In this document: positions 48,789 through 60,042 of the stretch, in pieces | Numbering within the stretch: position 1 is the stretch's first letter | Layout of the letters: each line of letters starts with the position of its first letter | DNA from: Hyphomicrobiaceae bacterium | Lineage (GTDB): Bacteria; Pseudomonadota; Alphaproteobacteria; Rhizobiales; Hyphomicrobiaceae | NCBI GenBank assembly: GCA_965222485.1 | Contig: CBDCUC010000040.1 | Span: forward strand, 1,534,245 to 1,598,244 | Length of the DNA: 64,000 bases | Direction: 5' to 3' | Made by a program: the position numbers and the translations under genes | Notes under the pieces: model-generated | What the model was told of the DNA's origin: nothing | Database searches by the model: none | The model's input: only the letters and a program-made list of their open reading frames with translations

Positions 48789-49898
48789 ATGAGCGCGCCG
48801 AAGGTAGCAATGTTGGCGGCCGGTGGATCGGGGGGGCATTTGTTTCCCGCGTTTGCCTTGGCGGAAGAATTGGGCCGGCGTGGTGTCATCGTTGATCTGG
48901 TTACCGATACACGTGGCGACAAATACGGTAGCGGATTTCCAGCGCGCCAAATCCACCAAGTCGCGTCAGCCACAATAAAGGGTAAGGCTCCACATGAGGT
49001 GGCCAAAACCGTGTGGGCGTTGTCGCGAGGGTTGGCCGCAGCGGTCAAGCTTATGCGAGAGGTGCGCCCCAATGTCGTGATTGGCTTTGGCGGCTATCCG
49101 ACATTTCCGCCGTTGATGGCGGCACGCTTGAGTAATATTCCGACGATTATCCATGAGCAGAATGCCGTTCTCGGTCGTGCCAATCGAATGCTTGCCGGGC
49201 GCGTCGATGCGATCGCAGCCTCCTTTGTCGTCACGAAATTTATTGATGAGGCGATGCAGAAGAAGACGACGTTGACGGGCAATCCGGTTCGTGAGGTGGT
49301 CCTGCAAGCCTCGCAGCACCCTTATTGGCCGCCCACATCCGGCGCGCGGATAAATCTGCTTGTTTTTGGTGGCAGTCAGGGCGCCCGCTTTTTCTCAGAT
49401 GTCGTGCCTCCGGCGCTGGCGCTGCTGCCCGATGGCCTTAGGTCGAGACTAAATGTTGTTCAGCAAGCTCGGGAAGAGGACTTGGAGCGCGTCAAAGCCG
49501 CCTACAGAGAAAGCGGAATTGTTGCGGACATCGCCACATTCTTTCAGAATTTGCCAGGTCTTATGTCGGAATCGCACTTGGTTATCGCGCGAGCAGGGGC
49601 ATCGACAATTGCGGAGCTGACCGTAATCGGCCGGCCCTCCATCCTCGTGCCATTGCCTCATTCTATTGATAACGACCAATTGGAGAACGCAACGCGATTT
49701 GCCGAAACCGGGGGCGCGCTTTGTATCGAACAAAAGGATCTAACGCCTGAAGTCCTGGCAGAGGAACTGTATGGGTTGTTCAGCAACCCCGATATTTTGA
49801 GTGAGGCGCATGTGCGGGCCAAGGATCAAGGCCGTGGCGATGCGGTTGAGCGGCTGGCTGAATTGGCCGAACAGCTAATGGCGAATGCCAAGACGTGA
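48789..49898 (+). CDS. murG: UDP-N-acetylglucosamine--N-acetylmuramyl-(pentapeptide) pyrophosphoryl-undecaprenol N-acetylglucosamine transferase
   Basis: AAGGSGGHLFPA is the G-loop 1 motif of MurG. GT-B fold C-terminal domain with ...GGSQGA... and PLPHSIDNDQLENA. Confidence 0.9.
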   Translation: MSAPKVAMLAAGGSGGHLFPAFALAEELGRRGVIVDLVTDTRGDKYGSGFPARQIHQVASATIKGKAPHEVAKTVWALSRGLAAAVKLMREVRPNVVIGFGGYPTFPPLMAARLSNIPTIIHEQNAVLGRANRMLAGRVDAIAASFVVTKFIDEAMQKKTTLTGNPVREVVLQASQHPYWPPTSGARINLLVFGGSQGARFFSDVVPPALALLPDGLRSRLNVVQQAREEDLERVKAAYRESGIVADIATFFQNLPGLMSESHLVIARAGASTIAELTVIGRPSILVPLPHSIDNDQLENATRFAETGGALCIEQKDLTPEVLAEELYGLFSNPDILSEAHVRAKDQGRGDAVERLAELAEQLMANAKT

Positions 49899-50234
49899 TG
49901 CTGGGGGAACGGTTTCGTCAGCTGGTATAAGCAACAAGAGGCAGTGAGGGATCGGTCGGTGCCGCAATAGAAAGCAATGGTCGGACCTTTTTTGGGCGCC
50001 TTGGGGTGTCTTAGCTTCGCGAATCATGTGCCCTCTAGCTAATGTGGTTTCTGAATTCCGCTGAGGGATACGGGGACGATACCCTAGACGGGACAGGAAG
50101 CCGTTAGGCGCGGATTGGCGTCAGCCGCCTGCTGTTTTCGGCACTTTCTTTAAACGCTGGTGACAGCGGCAAAAAACCGGGACATTCGGAGCAGAAAACT
50201 CCGCTGGATCAAAACGACGAGGGTTAGACGTTCA

Positions 50235-51665
50235 ATGCAAATGCCGCGCGATATCGGGACGATCCACATCATTGGGATCGGCGGAATCGGCATGAGTGCG
50301 ATTGCGGAAATTCTGTTGGCGATGGGGTACTCCGTCCAGGGCAGTGACCAGAAGGACGGGACCAACGTGCGCCGCCTGCGGGCTAAGGGCGTACGTATCT
50401 TTATCGGCCACGATGCCGTCAATCTGGTTGGCGCCCGCTATGTTGTCATCTCAACCGCGGTAAAGTCGGACAATCCTGAACTGGCCGCTGCGCGCGATAA
50501 GGGTTTACCCATTATTCGCCGGGCAGAAATGCTTGCCGAACTGATGCGGCTTTATTCCACAGTTTCGGTCACCGGTACGCATGGCAAGACATCGACAACT
50601 TCGTTGATCGCGCATGTCTTTGCCCACGCCTCGCTAGACCCAACTGTGATCACGGGTGGGATCATCAATGACTGGGGATCCAATGCGCGTCTTGGCAACG
50701 GCGAATGGATGATTGTCGAGGCCGATGAGTCGGACGGAACTTTCACCAAATTGCCGACAAAAATCGGTGTCGTAACGAACATCGATCCGGAGCATCTGGA
50801 TTACTTCGGGTCGGTCGAGCGGATGCATGCTCACTATGAAGCTTTCTTCCGTGGCGTCCCGTTTTACGGTCTCATTGTTGCATGCAGCGATCATCCCGTT
50901 GTGCGCGATATGATCCAGCGACTAGCACTGCGCCGAGATGGGCGCAGGCTCTTGACGTACGGTAGCCAATCGGGCGCAGACCTTTATTATTCTGACCTGC
51001 GGCAAGATGGTGCGACGACACTATTCACAGCACACCTTAGCGCGAGCGTTGCTGGCGGCGAACGCGTTTTGCGCGATATCGCGATCTCCACTCCTGGACA
51101 CCACAACATTCTCAACGCATTGGCGGCGATCGCCGTGGCAAGCGAAGCAGGCATCTCGGACGACAAAATTCGTGATGGTCTTTCTGGTTTTTCAGGTGTC
51201 AAGCGGCGGTTCCAGCTGGTTGGGCATTGGAACGGCGTCTCGATCTATGATGACTATGCGCACCACCCCGTCGAGATTGCAGCTGTGCTAGCGGCGGCAC
51301 GATCACGGGCAAAGGCCCGTGTGTTTGCGGTCATGGAACCGCACCGCTACACGCGCGTGCGCGATCTTTTCCGGGATTTCAGCGCCTGCTTCGGTCATGC
51401 GGACAGTGTGATCGTGGGGCCGCTTTACTCGGCAGGCGAAGCACCCATTGAAGGCGTCGATCAACACGCGCTTGCAGACGGCATTCGTGCAAGCGGGCAC
51501 AAGTCGGTGGTTGCGATAGACGATCCAAGCCAATTGCCAGAACTTTTACGCCGACACTGCAGGCCCGATGATCTTGTTGTGTGTCTCGGGGCAGGCGTTT
51601 CGACGGAATGGGCTAACGCATTACCCGACTGGCTGGCGGATGCGCCTCGGCTTGCCGGGGAATGA
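50235..51665 (+). CDS. murC: UDP-N-acetylmuramate--L-alanine ligase
   Basis: [16 protein letters not shown] and the P-loop [10 protein letters not shown] identify MurC. ATG 50235 fits the MurC N-terminus; the track extension to 50160 is probably non-coding. Confidence 0.9.
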   Translation: MQMPRDIGTIHIIGIGGIGMSAIAEILLAMGYSVQGSDQKDGTNVRRLRAKGVRIFIGHDAVNLVGARYVVISTAVKSDNPELAAARDKGLPIIRRAEMLAELMRLYSTVSVTGTHGKTSTTSLIAHVFAHASLDPTVITGGIINDWGSNARLGNGEWMIVEADESDGTFTKLPTKIGVVTNIDPEHLDYFGSVERMHAHYEAFFRGVPFYGLIVACSDHPVVRDMIQRLALRRDGRRLLTYGSQSGADLYYSDLRQDGATTLFTAHLSASVAGGERVLRDIAISTPGHHNILNALAAIAVASEAGISDDKIRDGLSGFSGVKRRFQLVGHWNGVSIYDDYAHHPVEIAAVLAAARSRAKARVFAVMEPHRYTRVRDLFRDFSACFGHADSVIVGPLYSAGEAPIEGVDQHALADGIRASGHKSVVAIDDPSQLPELLRRHCRPDDLVVCLGAGVSTEWANALPDWLADAPRLAGE

Positions 51666-52651
51666 CGGGGCGCTGGGCTGGCAAAATGGCATTTCCCGAC
51701 CTGGTCGAAGACATCAAAGCGCGTTTGCCGGAGCTGCGCGGCCGGCTGAGAGCAAATGCACTTCTTTCCGAAATCACCTGGTTTCGTGTCGGCGGTCCGG
51801 CGCAACTGCTGTTTACGCCGGCGGACGAAGCAGACCTCTCCTATTTTCTAAAGGGGTTGCCCGCCGAGATTCCCGTTTTTGCGATGGGACTTGGGTCCAA
51901 TCTTTTGGTGCGCGACGGTGGTGTTCCCGGGGTGGTGATCAAACTGGGGCGTGGTTTTGGGCATGTGGCGGCTGAGGATGGTCACAGGCTGCGTTGCGGC
52001 ACAGCCGTTCCCGACGCGAAGCTTGCGAGGGCAGCAGCGGATGCAGGCATTGCCGGTTTATCGTTCTACCGGGGCATTCCAGGTTCGATCGGCGGCGCGC
52101 TGCGTATGAACGCAGGTGCGCACGGCACCGAGACAAAGGATATCCTGATTGGTGCGCGCGCGGTCGACAGGCAGGGGACCATCCATGAGCTGTCACTCGC
52201 GGACATGGGCTTCAGCTACCGTCATTGCAGTGTGCCGAGCGACTGGATCTTTACGGAAGCGCTTTATCAAGGTCGGGCCGGGGAAACCGCTGAGATCCTC
52301 AAAGCGATGAACGAAGTGGCGGAGTATCGCGAAGAAAAACAACCCATCAAAGAGCGCACTGGCGGCTCCACTTTCAAGAATCCGCCGGGAGGAAGTGCTT
52401 GGAAGAATATCGATGCTGCGGGTTGTCGCGGTTTGCGCGTCGGCGGTGCAAAGGTGTCTGAATTGCACTGCAATTTTCTCATCAATGAGGGCGAGGCAAC
52501 CGGCGAGGATGTTGAACGTCTGGGAGAAACTGTCCGAGCACGGGTAAAAGCAAATAATGGGACGGTACTCAACTGGGAGATCATCAGGCTGGGCGTGCCG
52601 CTCGAGGGCCGGCCGGTTGGCGAAGCGCTTGCCGAGGAAACGACTGATTGA
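51662..52651 (+). CDS. murB: UDP-N-acetylenolpyruvoylglucosamine reductase
   Basis: FAD-binding PCMH domain ([10 protein letters not shown]...[12 protein letters not shown]) and C-terminal MurB domain (...GSTFKNP...). ATGA overlap with the murC stop. Confidence 0.9.
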   Translation: MTGRWAGKMAFPDLVEDIKARLPELRGRLRANALLSEITWFRVGGPAQLLFTPADEADLSYFLKGLPAEIPVFAMGLGSNLLVRDGGVPGVVIKLGRGFGHVAAEDGHRLRCGTAVPDAKLARAAADAGIAGLSFYRGIPGSIGGALRMNAGAHGTETKDILIGARAVDRQGTIHELSLADMGFSYRHCSVPSDWIFTEALYQGRAGETAEILKAMNEVAEYREEKQPIKERTGGSTFKNPPGGSAWKNIDAAGCRGLRVGGAKVSELHCNFLINEGEATGEDVERLGETVRARVKANNGTVLNWEIIRLGVPLEGRPVGEALAEETTD

Positions 52652-52809
52652 CAGACGACTTGCGAGACCCGTGTGAAACGGAGACCGCCACCTTGTGTTA
52701 AAGGTCCATAGAGCCGGGCAAGGCCTGGCTTTTTTTGGCGGACGTTTTCATCCACCTCTTACCGCAGTTATTGCTGCGTCCTGCCCTAACGATTGCCCAT
52801 GGAGTTCAC

Positions 52810-53763
52810 ATGATCGGAAAGCCGCCGGAGCGTACTCACGAGCACGTTGCCGTTTTGATGGGCGGGCTCTCGGCAGAACGGGAGATCAGCCTTTTGTCGG
52901 GCAAGGCTGTGGGGGCAGCTCTTGAGCGGGAAGGCTACCGCGTCACCATGATTGATGTGGATCGTGAGTGTGCGATGAGGCTGGCGGCCGTGCAGCCTGA
53001 TGTGTGCTTTAACGCGTTGCATGGCCGTTATGGCGAAGACGGCTGCATTCAGGGGCTGCTTGAATGTATGGGGCTTGCGTACACCCATTCCGGCGTTCTT
53101 GCTTCCGCCGTGGCGATGCACAAGGAGCACGCCAAGGATGTAATGTCGCGCGCTGGTGTTCCGGTCGCCAAGGCTGTTCTTGTGTCGCGGGCTGAAGCGT
53201 TAAGAGCGCATGCAATGGCGCCGCCGTACGTGGTCAAACCGGTGGCGGAAGGCTCAAGCGTGGGCGTCATCATTGTGGGTGAGAACGCCGACAAGCCGCC
53301 TTCTTCCATCGGGCAGGGCGACAACGTCGACATGGACGAAATCGTTATGGTTGAGCGGTACGTTGCGGGCCGTGAGCTGACCTGTGCCGTGATCGGTGAC
53401 TTCGTGACGGAAGTGACTGAAATCTTACCTCTCAAGGGGCTCGAATTTTATGATTTCGAGGCGAAATACGCGCCCGGGGGCTCCAAACATCAGCTACCGG
53501 CAGATCTTTCATCGGAAATTTACCAAAAGGTCCGGAAATACACTTTGGCGGCGCACCAGGCGCTGGGCTGCCGCGGGTTGAGCCGCGCTGATTTCCGACT
53601 GGACGATACGGCGGGCGGCAGCGGTCAACTGGCGTGTCTAGAGGTGAATACGCAACCGGGCATGACAGCGACGTCGCTAGTGCCGGAATTTGCGCAGTAT
53701 GCAGGTTGGTCGTTTGACGAGCTTGTGCGTTGGATTGTCGAGGACGCGAGTTGCGACAGGTAA
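52810..53763 (+). CDS. ddl: D-alanine--D-alanine ligase
   Basis: VAVLMGGLSAEREISLLSGKAV is the Ddl N-domain motif, followed by ATP-grasp blocks (...YVVKPVAEGSSVGV..., ELTCAV). GGAG lies 6 nt upstream of ATG 52810. Confidence 0.9.
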   Translation: MIGKPPERTHEHVAVLMGGLSAEREISLLSGKAVGAALEREGYRVTMIDVDRECAMRLAAVQPDVCFNALHGRYGEDGCIQGLLECMGLAYTHSGVLASAVAMHKEHAKDVMSRAGVPVAKAVLVSRAEALRAHAMAPPYVVKPVAEGSSVGVIIVGENADKPPSSIGQGDNVDMDEIVMVERYVAGRELTCAVIGDFVTEVTEILPLKGLEFYDFEAKYAPGGSKHQLPADLSSEIYQKVRKYTLAAHQALGCRGLSRADFRLDDTAGGSGQLACLEVNTQPGMTATSLVPEFAQYAGWSFDELVRWIVEDASCDR

Positions 53764-54023
53764 GTCGAGTTAGAGTTTCCCAAACGCGGGCGCATCAGGC
53801 GCCATCGCGGCAACAAGCACTAAGTCCTACCTCACCGTGCCCTGTATCGCCGAATTGGCGTTCTGTTTCTTCCCAATCTGTATATAACGCCCACACGACT
53901 GAAGGTGTGCGAACGCAAGATCCGCGGGCATCGTCGCCGCCTACCGCACATCATGCAAGACCGGGTCAGCCACCGGTCTTGCCTTCAATCCGTATCGAAA
54001 CGCGCCTTTATGCCCCTGATGAC

Positions 54024-54890
54024 ATGGCGGACCGTGTGCAAAGGGGTGGGCGCAGTTATCAAAGTTCGCGGCGGGCTGCGCGCCGCCGGGGGTCAGTTCG
54101 TGCGGCGGCATGGGGTGCGCCCGCAATCATTCTTACTGCCGTGCTCCTGTTTGGCGCCGCATCAGGGCACGATGGTTTGAGGACGTCGTTCGGGCAGCTT
54201 CAGCGATCGCTCATGCCGTCTGCTTGGGCACCCTACGTTCAAGCGTTATCTGAATTTTCAGGGCTAACGATCGATCAAGTGTCGGTCGGGGGACACCGTT
54301 TCACGGCCGACGGCGACATTTTTGGGGCACTGCAGCTTCAGGCGGATCAATCACTTCTAGGGTTTGATGTGGCGGGTGCCCGTGCCCGAATTGAGAGTCT
54401 TCCCTGGGTGAAGACAGCGACGCTAACGAGGATCTATCCGGGACAGCTTGATGTCTCGCTGGTCGAGCGCCAGGCATTTGCCGTTTGGCGGCATGACGAC
54501 GGGCTGTCGCTGATTGATCGCGACGGGCGCGTTCTTGGTGCCACCAACGACACCATTGCGCTCAATTTACTTCGCGTTTCAGGCAAAGGTGCCGCTAAAG
54601 AGGCAGCAGGCCTGATGGCGCTTATCAGTCATCATCCAGACCTCGCCAATGCACTTGATACAGCCGTGTTCATTGCAGGGCGGCGTTGGGCCTTGCGGCT
54701 GAAAAACGGTGTCGTCATTCACTTGCCTGTGGAACGTGCGGCGCTGGCGTTGCGCCTCTTCATGCGTGGTGAGACCGGCGGCCTCACGGGGCGCCATGAT
54801 CAAATCGTTGATTTGCGCGCAACGGGGCGAGTGAGCATCCGCCCGCGAAAGCCTTTGACGATCGGTGATCTCGCGAGACAAAGTGGATGA
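54024..54890 (+). CDS. ftsQ: cell division protein FtsQ
   Basis: Arg-rich cytoplasmic N-terminus, TM helix (APAIILTAVLLFGAA), POTRA domain (...ARIESLPWVKTATLTRIYPGQLDVSLVER...) and FtsQ beta domain. Start is uncertain. The track ORF extends to 53730, but that extension is S/P/R-rich and looks non-coding. Confidence 0.7.
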   Translation: MADRVQRGGRSYQSSRRAARRRGSVRAAAWGAPAIILTAVLLFGAASGHDGLRTSFGQLQRSLMPSAWAPYVQALSEFSGLTIDQVSVGGHRFTADGDIFGALQLQADQSLLGFDVAGARARIESLPWVKTATLTRIYPGQLDVSLVERQAFAVWRHDDGLSLIDRDGRVLGATNDTIALNLLRVSGKGAAKEAAGLMALISHHPDLANALDTAVFIAGRRWALRLKNGVVIHLPVERAALALRLFMRGETGGLTGRHDQIVDLRATGRVSIRPRKPLTIGDLARQSG

Positions 54891-54993
54891 GGTTGCAACC
54901 GCCGCCTTTGCAGCAAATGTTCTGCGTAGCCGATTGGTTGGTCGGTGATGAGCGCTTCGGTGTTGTGCCAGAGTATGGAGTTGTGAGAAGGGC

Positions 54994-56268
54994 ATGAAAC
55001 AGCGGCAACATGTTCAAGTGCGTGGCCGGGACGTCGTGGGCCTGCTGGATGTTGGCTCAAGCAAAGTCGTTTGCATCATTGCGGCTCTCGATCCGAGTGC
55101 TCCGCGTGGAAGCCTGGAGGCCGCCCGCGTTATCGGTATCGGTCAGCATATCTCCCGTGGCATCAAGTCTGGCGTGATCACAAACCTAGAGGCGGCTGAG
55201 GAGGCGATCCTGGGTGCGGTCAGTGCTGCTGAAGATATGGCCGGCCTGCGCCTCGAAAGTGTCATCGTCAGCATCTCCTGCGGCAGATTGCGATCGCAGA
55301 CCATCGCAGCGGAGGTAGATATTGCCGGCGGCGTTGTGCGCGACAGTGATGTGCGGCGCGCGGTTGCCGGTGCGCGCGCATTCGCAGAGCGAGGCGGCCG
55401 CAGGCTTGTGCATGTCAATACAACTGCGTTTCAACTAGATGGCGTTGCCGGCGGGGAGGATCCAAGAGGCCTTACCGCCAATCAGCTCAAAGTAGGGCTG
55501 CATGCCGTAAGCGCAGATAAAGCCCCATTGCGCAATCTGCATATCGTCGTGGACCGCTGCCTGCTTGGGGTGCGAGGTATAGCTGTAGCTGCGTACGCCA
55601 GCGCTCTGGCCGCAACCAGCGAAGAAGAGCGGCAGCTTGGCGTTACCTGCATCGACATTGGCGGCGGAACCACGAGTGTTGCCGCATTTGCCGAGGGAAA
55701 ATGCGTTCATACCGCTGTTTCGTTGGTCGGGGGCAACACGATTACAGCTGATATTGCAGCCCAGTTGCAGACACCAGTTGCAGAAGCAGAGCGAATCAAG
55801 GCGCTTTATGGCACAATGGTCAATGCTCAGTCCGATGAGCACGAGTTTTTTTGCTACCCGGTCGCTGGTTCTGCGGAGGGTGGCGAAGAGCGTATGGCGA
55901 AGGCGGACCTGTCGCGCATTGTCAGGCCAAGGGTTGCCCAGATCCTGGCAAGTGTGAGGGAAAGCATCGAGAGTTGCCGCGCCATCGGCGGTGCTGGCAG
56001 ACGTGTTGTGTTGACTGGCGGCGGCAGCCAGCTGGTCGGGTTGGCTGACTTCGCCGCTAACGCGTTAGGTTGTCCGGTTCGTGTAGCAATGCCAGCGGTG
56101 CCCTCAGGGCTGCCGCAGACCTGGTCTGGTCCGGGGTATGCGACCGTTGTCGGCCTGTTGTTGGCCGGCACCGATCCGTCGCAGGAACTCGTCGGCTATA
56201 ACCAGGTTGAAGCACCCGGTGGAAATTATCTCGGGCGTGTTGGTCAGTGGCTGATGGACGGTCTGTAA
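54994..56268 (+). CDS. ftsA: cell division protein FtsA
   Basis: Actin-like ATPase: LDVGSSKVVC (phosphate 1), IDIGGGTT (phosphate 2) and ...VLTGGGSQL (adenosine motif). Confidence 0.9.
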   Translation: MKQRQHVQVRGRDVVGLLDVGSSKVVCIIAALDPSAPRGSLEAARVIGIGQHISRGIKSGVITNLEAAEEAILGAVSAAEDMAGLRLESVIVSISCGRLRSQTIAAEVDIAGGVVRDSDVRRAVAGARAFAERGGRRLVHVNTTAFQLDGVAGGEDPRGLTANQLKVGLHAVSADKAPLRNLHIVVDRCLLGVRGIAVAAYASALAATSEEERQLGVTCIDIGGGTTSVAAFAEGKCVHTAVSLVGGNTITADIAAQLQTPVAEAERIKALYGTMVNAQSDEHEFFCYPVAGSAEGGEERMAKADLSRIVRPRVAQILASVRESIESCRAIGGAGRRVVLTGGGSQLVGLADFAANALGCPVRVAMPAVPSGLPQTWSGPGYATVVGLLLAGTDPSQELVGYNQVEAPGGNYLGRVGQWLMDGL

Positions 56269-56388
56269 AGTATCGATGGGGCCTTTGATGGCGTAGGGGG
56301 TTTGCGTATAGGCCCGTGTCGAGAATTGACGGTGTTTGAGCGGTTTAATAATCGCCGGAATCCGTCGTCGAAGCGATGCGGGGGCAAA

Positions 56389-58305
56389 ATGAGCATCAAG
56401 CTGCAACTGCCGGAAGTCACCGATCTGAAGCCACGGCTGACCGTGATCGGAGTTGGCGGCGCAGGCTGCAACGCAATCAACAACATGATTGCGTCGGGAC
56501 TGACCGGTGTGGACTTCGTTGTTGCAAACACCGATGCACAAGCTCTCATGGCTTCCAGTGCGGAACACAGGCTACAGCTCGGCGTCAATCTCACGGAAGG
56601 GCTTGGTGCTGGCGCCAAACCGGAAATTGGCGAGGCTGCGGCCCAGGAAGCCCTGGACGAGATCAGGAGCCAGGTTTCGGGTTCACACATGGTGTTTATC
56701 GCCGCTGGCATGGGTGGCGGTACAGGCACCGGAGCGGCATCGGTGATCGCCAGAGCCGCGAAAGAACAGGGCATTCTCACAGTTGGCGTGGTGACCAAGC
56801 CATTCCTGTTTGAGGGTGCACGGCGAATGCGGGTTGCCGAAGCGGGCATTGAGGCCCTCAGGCCAAATGTAGATACGCTGATCGTTATCCCCAATCAGAA
56901 CCTATTTCTCATAGCTAACGAAAAAACGACGTTCGCAGAGGCGTTCGTCCTGGCCGACCACGTGCTGTATTCGGGTGTTGCCTGTATCGTCGACCTCATC
57001 ATCAAGGAAGGCTTGATCAATCTGGACTTTGCCGATGTGCGGGCCGTCATGTGCGACATGGGAACGGCGATGATGGGCACAGGCGAGGCGTCCGGGGAGC
57101 GGCGGTCGGTTGTTGCTGCTGAAGAGGCGATTGCCAATCCGTTGCTTGACGATGTGTCGCTGCAGGGCGCCAAAGGGTTATTGTTGTCGATAACAGGTGG
57201 CCCAAACCTAACCCTTTATGAGGTCGATGCTGCGGCGTCGCGCGTGCGTCAGGAAGTCGACAGCGATGCCACCATAATCGTTGGCGCAACCTTCGATGAA
57301 AGTCTGGGTGATCGCGTTCGCGTGTCGATCGTTGCTTCCGGCATGGCGCGCATGAGCCGAGACGGAACGGCGATTGCAGATTATGGCCGCAGCAGTTTGC
57401 GACCGGGTGACGGTTCATTTGTCTCCGAAGGGATGTCTCGTTCATCTCCACCGTTATCGATGGGGCCTGGTGCTGCAGAAGGGGCCGGCGACAGCTCGCA
57501 CGAGGGGCAGCGCTACACTTCGGCGGAGACGCCTCCCCAAATCAATGCCATGACGGATGAGGGCGACGCACCCGTCATGAGTAGTGGCGGCGGTGAGCGC
57601 GAAGCCGGTGGAATGGCAGATGTTGCTGATATCGAAGGCGACGATATTCAGTCTGCAGACGTCAGCACGGCTTCCGACGCGGACGACGCGGCTGATCTTC
57701 AGCGGCGATTGGCTGAGGCCATGCAGATGGATGACGCGGGCGGCAGTGTTGGTGAGGGTGATTTGAGCGAGGGCTGGCATGCTCCCGGTGATGTCGTCAT
57801 TAAAGAGGAGCCCCCACCATTCCAGCAGCCTGCACAGGCATCTGATCCGGGTGCACCGTTTGTCCAGAGGCAGCGTGCGCAAGTGGATCCTGGTAGCTTC
57901 CAACCGATGACGCCGAACGATATTCGACGCCATCCGCGTCGCATGCCGGAGGTCGGCGATTTCTCCCCGATCGCGCAAAAAGAATATTACTCGAAAACGG
58001 GCAACGCCCCGGCGCGTGGGCCGTCCCCTGAACGTATGCCGCACCATGCCAGTGGCGAGGGAAAGACAGCGAAACCCAAGCGCGGCCTATTTGGACTCTT
58101 CAAGGGACTCAGTCGGCGCAAAAGTGATTCGCAGGATGCGAAACAAAATCCGCAGACAACCGTTACGAGAGACCACGAACAAGGCAGAGCCGAAGTTGCG
58201 GGCAACGCTCGTCCGGACGACTCTGCTGCTTCGCACAATCAATTAGGTGAGCACGACGATAGTGTTGAGTTGCCAGTGTTTTTTAATGCTCCAGGGCGTC
58301 GCTAA
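56389..58305 (+). CDS. ftsZ: cell division GTPase FtsZ with long disordered C-terminal linker
   Basis: Tubulin signature GGGTGTGAA, T7 loop NLDFADV. A roughly 290 aa acidic linker rich in G/S/A/P follows, and the C-terminal conserved peptide is [19 protein letters not shown] 56389 fits [10 protein letters not shown]...[11 protein letters not shown]. Confidence 0.9.
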   Translation: MSIKLQLPEVTDLKPRLTVIGVGGAGCNAINNMIASGLTGVDFVVANTDAQALMASSAEHRLQLGVNLTEGLGAGAKPEIGEAAAQEALDEIRSQVSGSHMVFIAAGMGGGTGTGAASVIARAAKEQGILTVGVVTKPFLFEGARRMRVAEAGIEALRPNVDTLIVIPNQNLFLIANEKTTFAEAFVLADHVLYSGVACIVDLIIKEGLINLDFADVRAVMCDMGTAMMGTGEASGERRSVVAAEEAIANPLLDDVSLQGAKGLLLSITGGPNLTLYEVDAAASRVRQEVDSDATIIVGATFDESLGDRVRVSIVASGMARMSRDGTAIADYGRSSLRPGDGSFVSEGMSRSSPPLSMGPGAAEGAGDSSHEGQRYTSAETPPQINAMTDEGDAPVMSSGGGEREAGGMADVADIEGDDIQSADVSTASDADDAADLQRRLAEAMQMDDAGGSVGEGDLSEGWHAPGDVVIKEEPPPFQQPAQASDPGAPFVQRQRAQVDPGSFQPMTPNDIRRHPRRMPEVGDFSPIAQKEYYSKTGNAPARGPSPERMPHHASGEGKTAKPKRGLFGLFKGLSRRKSDSQDAKQNPQTTVTRDHEQGRAEVAGNARPDDSAASHNQLGEHDDSVELPVFFNAPGRR

Positions 58306-58595
58306 TCAGGGGCGTTGGGGAGAGTTTGCAACACACAAGAGTGTTCTGATCGGAATGGTAACAAGGTGTAAGAAAGCGTGATTTGTGCCACTTCGGGTGG
58401 AGGGGTATCGTCTTAATCGTTAACGACTGAGACCGTCTTTTGAACTTGCGTGATCAGGCTTTCGTTGTCTGTCAAAATGGGGTCAGCAAGGTTCGAGCTC
58501 AGCCAAATAGGCTAAGGGTTTCAGGCGGGGGTGGCAACGTCGGTACTGGGAACTATCGACGGACTTGCCGGGGCAGGCATTGAGGGACGACGCTT

Positions 58596-59540
58596 ATGTC
58601 GAATCGTTTCATCGGCGCGCGGCAGACTACGGTAGCGCGCGAGATCGAGCTCACAGGCACGGGGGTGCACAGTGGAGCACCAGTATCGGTCATACTGCAT
58701 CCGGCAGAAGCCGATACTGGGCTCCGCTTTCTTCTCACAAAGCGCGGCCGTGTGGTGTCGGACATTCCGGCAGATGTGTCACGCGTGAAAAATCTGACAT
58801 TGTGTACCGTTATTGGCGATGAGGACGGCAACACGATTTCCACTGTTGAGCATCTTCTCGCTGCGCTGCGCGGCTTGGCAGTCGATAATTGCTACATCGA
58901 AATCGATAGCAAAGAAGTTCCGATCATGGACGGAAGCTCGGCGGTTTTCGTCGAAGCAATCGATGATGTTGGAATTTCGGAACTCGCGGCACCACGCAAG
59001 TACGTCAAGGTTCTTAAGCCAATCCGCGTACAGGATGGGGATTGCTTCGGTGAGCTTGCACCGCACTCGGGATTTCATCTCGATGTTGAGATTAACTTCG
59101 AAGACCCGATTATCGGACGTCAACATCTGGCACTCGAGATGACACCGGGCGTATTCCGCCATGAGCTGTCGCGTGCCAGAACATTTGGTTTCATGAGCGA
59201 CGTGGAAAAGCTTTGGAAGGCTGGCCTGGCGCTCGGAGCAAACCTCAATAATTCGATCGCAATCGGTGAAGGTCGGATCATGAATCCGGAAGGGTTGCGG
59301 CACCCGATGGAATTTGTGCGCCATAAAATGTTGGATGCCGTTGGCGATCTGTCGCTAGCAGGGCATCCGATCATCGGCGCCTACAGGTCGGTGAGAGGCG
59401 GGCATCGTCTTAACGCGAACGTATTGCAGGCATTGTTTGCCGATAGCAGTGCGTGGACAGTTGTTGAAGCTCCACGTGTTCGCGACATCGTGCCGGTCAG
59501 CCGCCAGGCAATCGTTGCAATGGCTGAGCAGACTCACTGA
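58596..59540 (+). CDS. lpxC: UDP-3-O-acyl-N-acetylglucosamine deacetylase
   Basis: QTTVAREIELTGTGVHSG...HPAEADTGLRF...TLCT... Zinc ligands and HKMLD/GDL motifs (FVRHKMLDAVGDL) are present. Confidence 0.9.
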   Translation: MSNRFIGARQTTVAREIELTGTGVHSGAPVSVILHPAEADTGLRFLLTKRGRVVSDIPADVSRVKNLTLCTVIGDEDGNTISTVEHLLAALRGLAVDNCYIEIDSKEVPIMDGSSAVFVEAIDDVGISELAAPRKYVKVLKPIRVQDGDCFGELAPHSGFHLDVEINFEDPIIGRQHLALEMTPGVFRHELSRARTFGFMSDVEKLWKAGLALGANLNNSIAIGEGRIMNPEGLRHPMEFVRHKMLDAVGDLSLAGHPIIGAYRSVRGGHRLNANVLQALFADSSAWTVVEAPRVRDIVPVSRQAIVAMAEQTH

Positions 59541-60042
59541 TCTTTCGCTTGGCGATATCGAATAGCCACCAGCCGGTATGCGCCTTCGTTATATCTTTTC
59601 GCGAGATAACAGAGCTGTGTCTGTGCGGCGTTGCTTCTACGGTTGCGAAGCATGGGCAAAGCTGCACACTTCCGTGAATTCGCTGCAGGGGTCAGCCTTG
59701 TCTTTGGGGCCGGGGCGTCGCAGATCAACCATAATTATTTCCTAAATCGGTGCGGGGAAGGCTGAGCGCGGCCTATCTGGTGCTCCTCTTCCCTGTGGAC
59801 GCGATTGGGGTGGTTCGGTTGGCGATCAGATTTCGTTCTCAATGCGGTGGGCGCGTGCAGGCTGTGGCAAGCTGTCAACGAGGCTTTGCGGTTACTTGAT
59901 CTGTATGCAACCATTGACCGCATTGGGGAATTGAGTCGTGCACAATATCCGGTGGAGCACAGTTGGTGCCATGCATGCAGGCTGAGAGGACCCAGGGCGA
60001 TATGCCGGGTGGTTGCAGGCGGCTATTTTGGAATTGGTGGGA

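Noticed and set aside
53730-54023. N-terminal 98 codons of the longest ftsQ ORF as real protein sequence
   Set aside because: The composition (S/P/R/Q-rich, no hydrophobic periodicity) and the overlap with the ddl 3' end suggest it is a read-through of non-coding DNA. The call was placed at the internal Met instead.
58470-58560. tRNA-like GGTTCGAGCTC (T-loop-like) sequence in the ftsZ-lpxC spacer
   Set aside because: No acceptor stem, D-loop or anticodon arm can be built around it. It is a chance match to the GTTCGA consensus.
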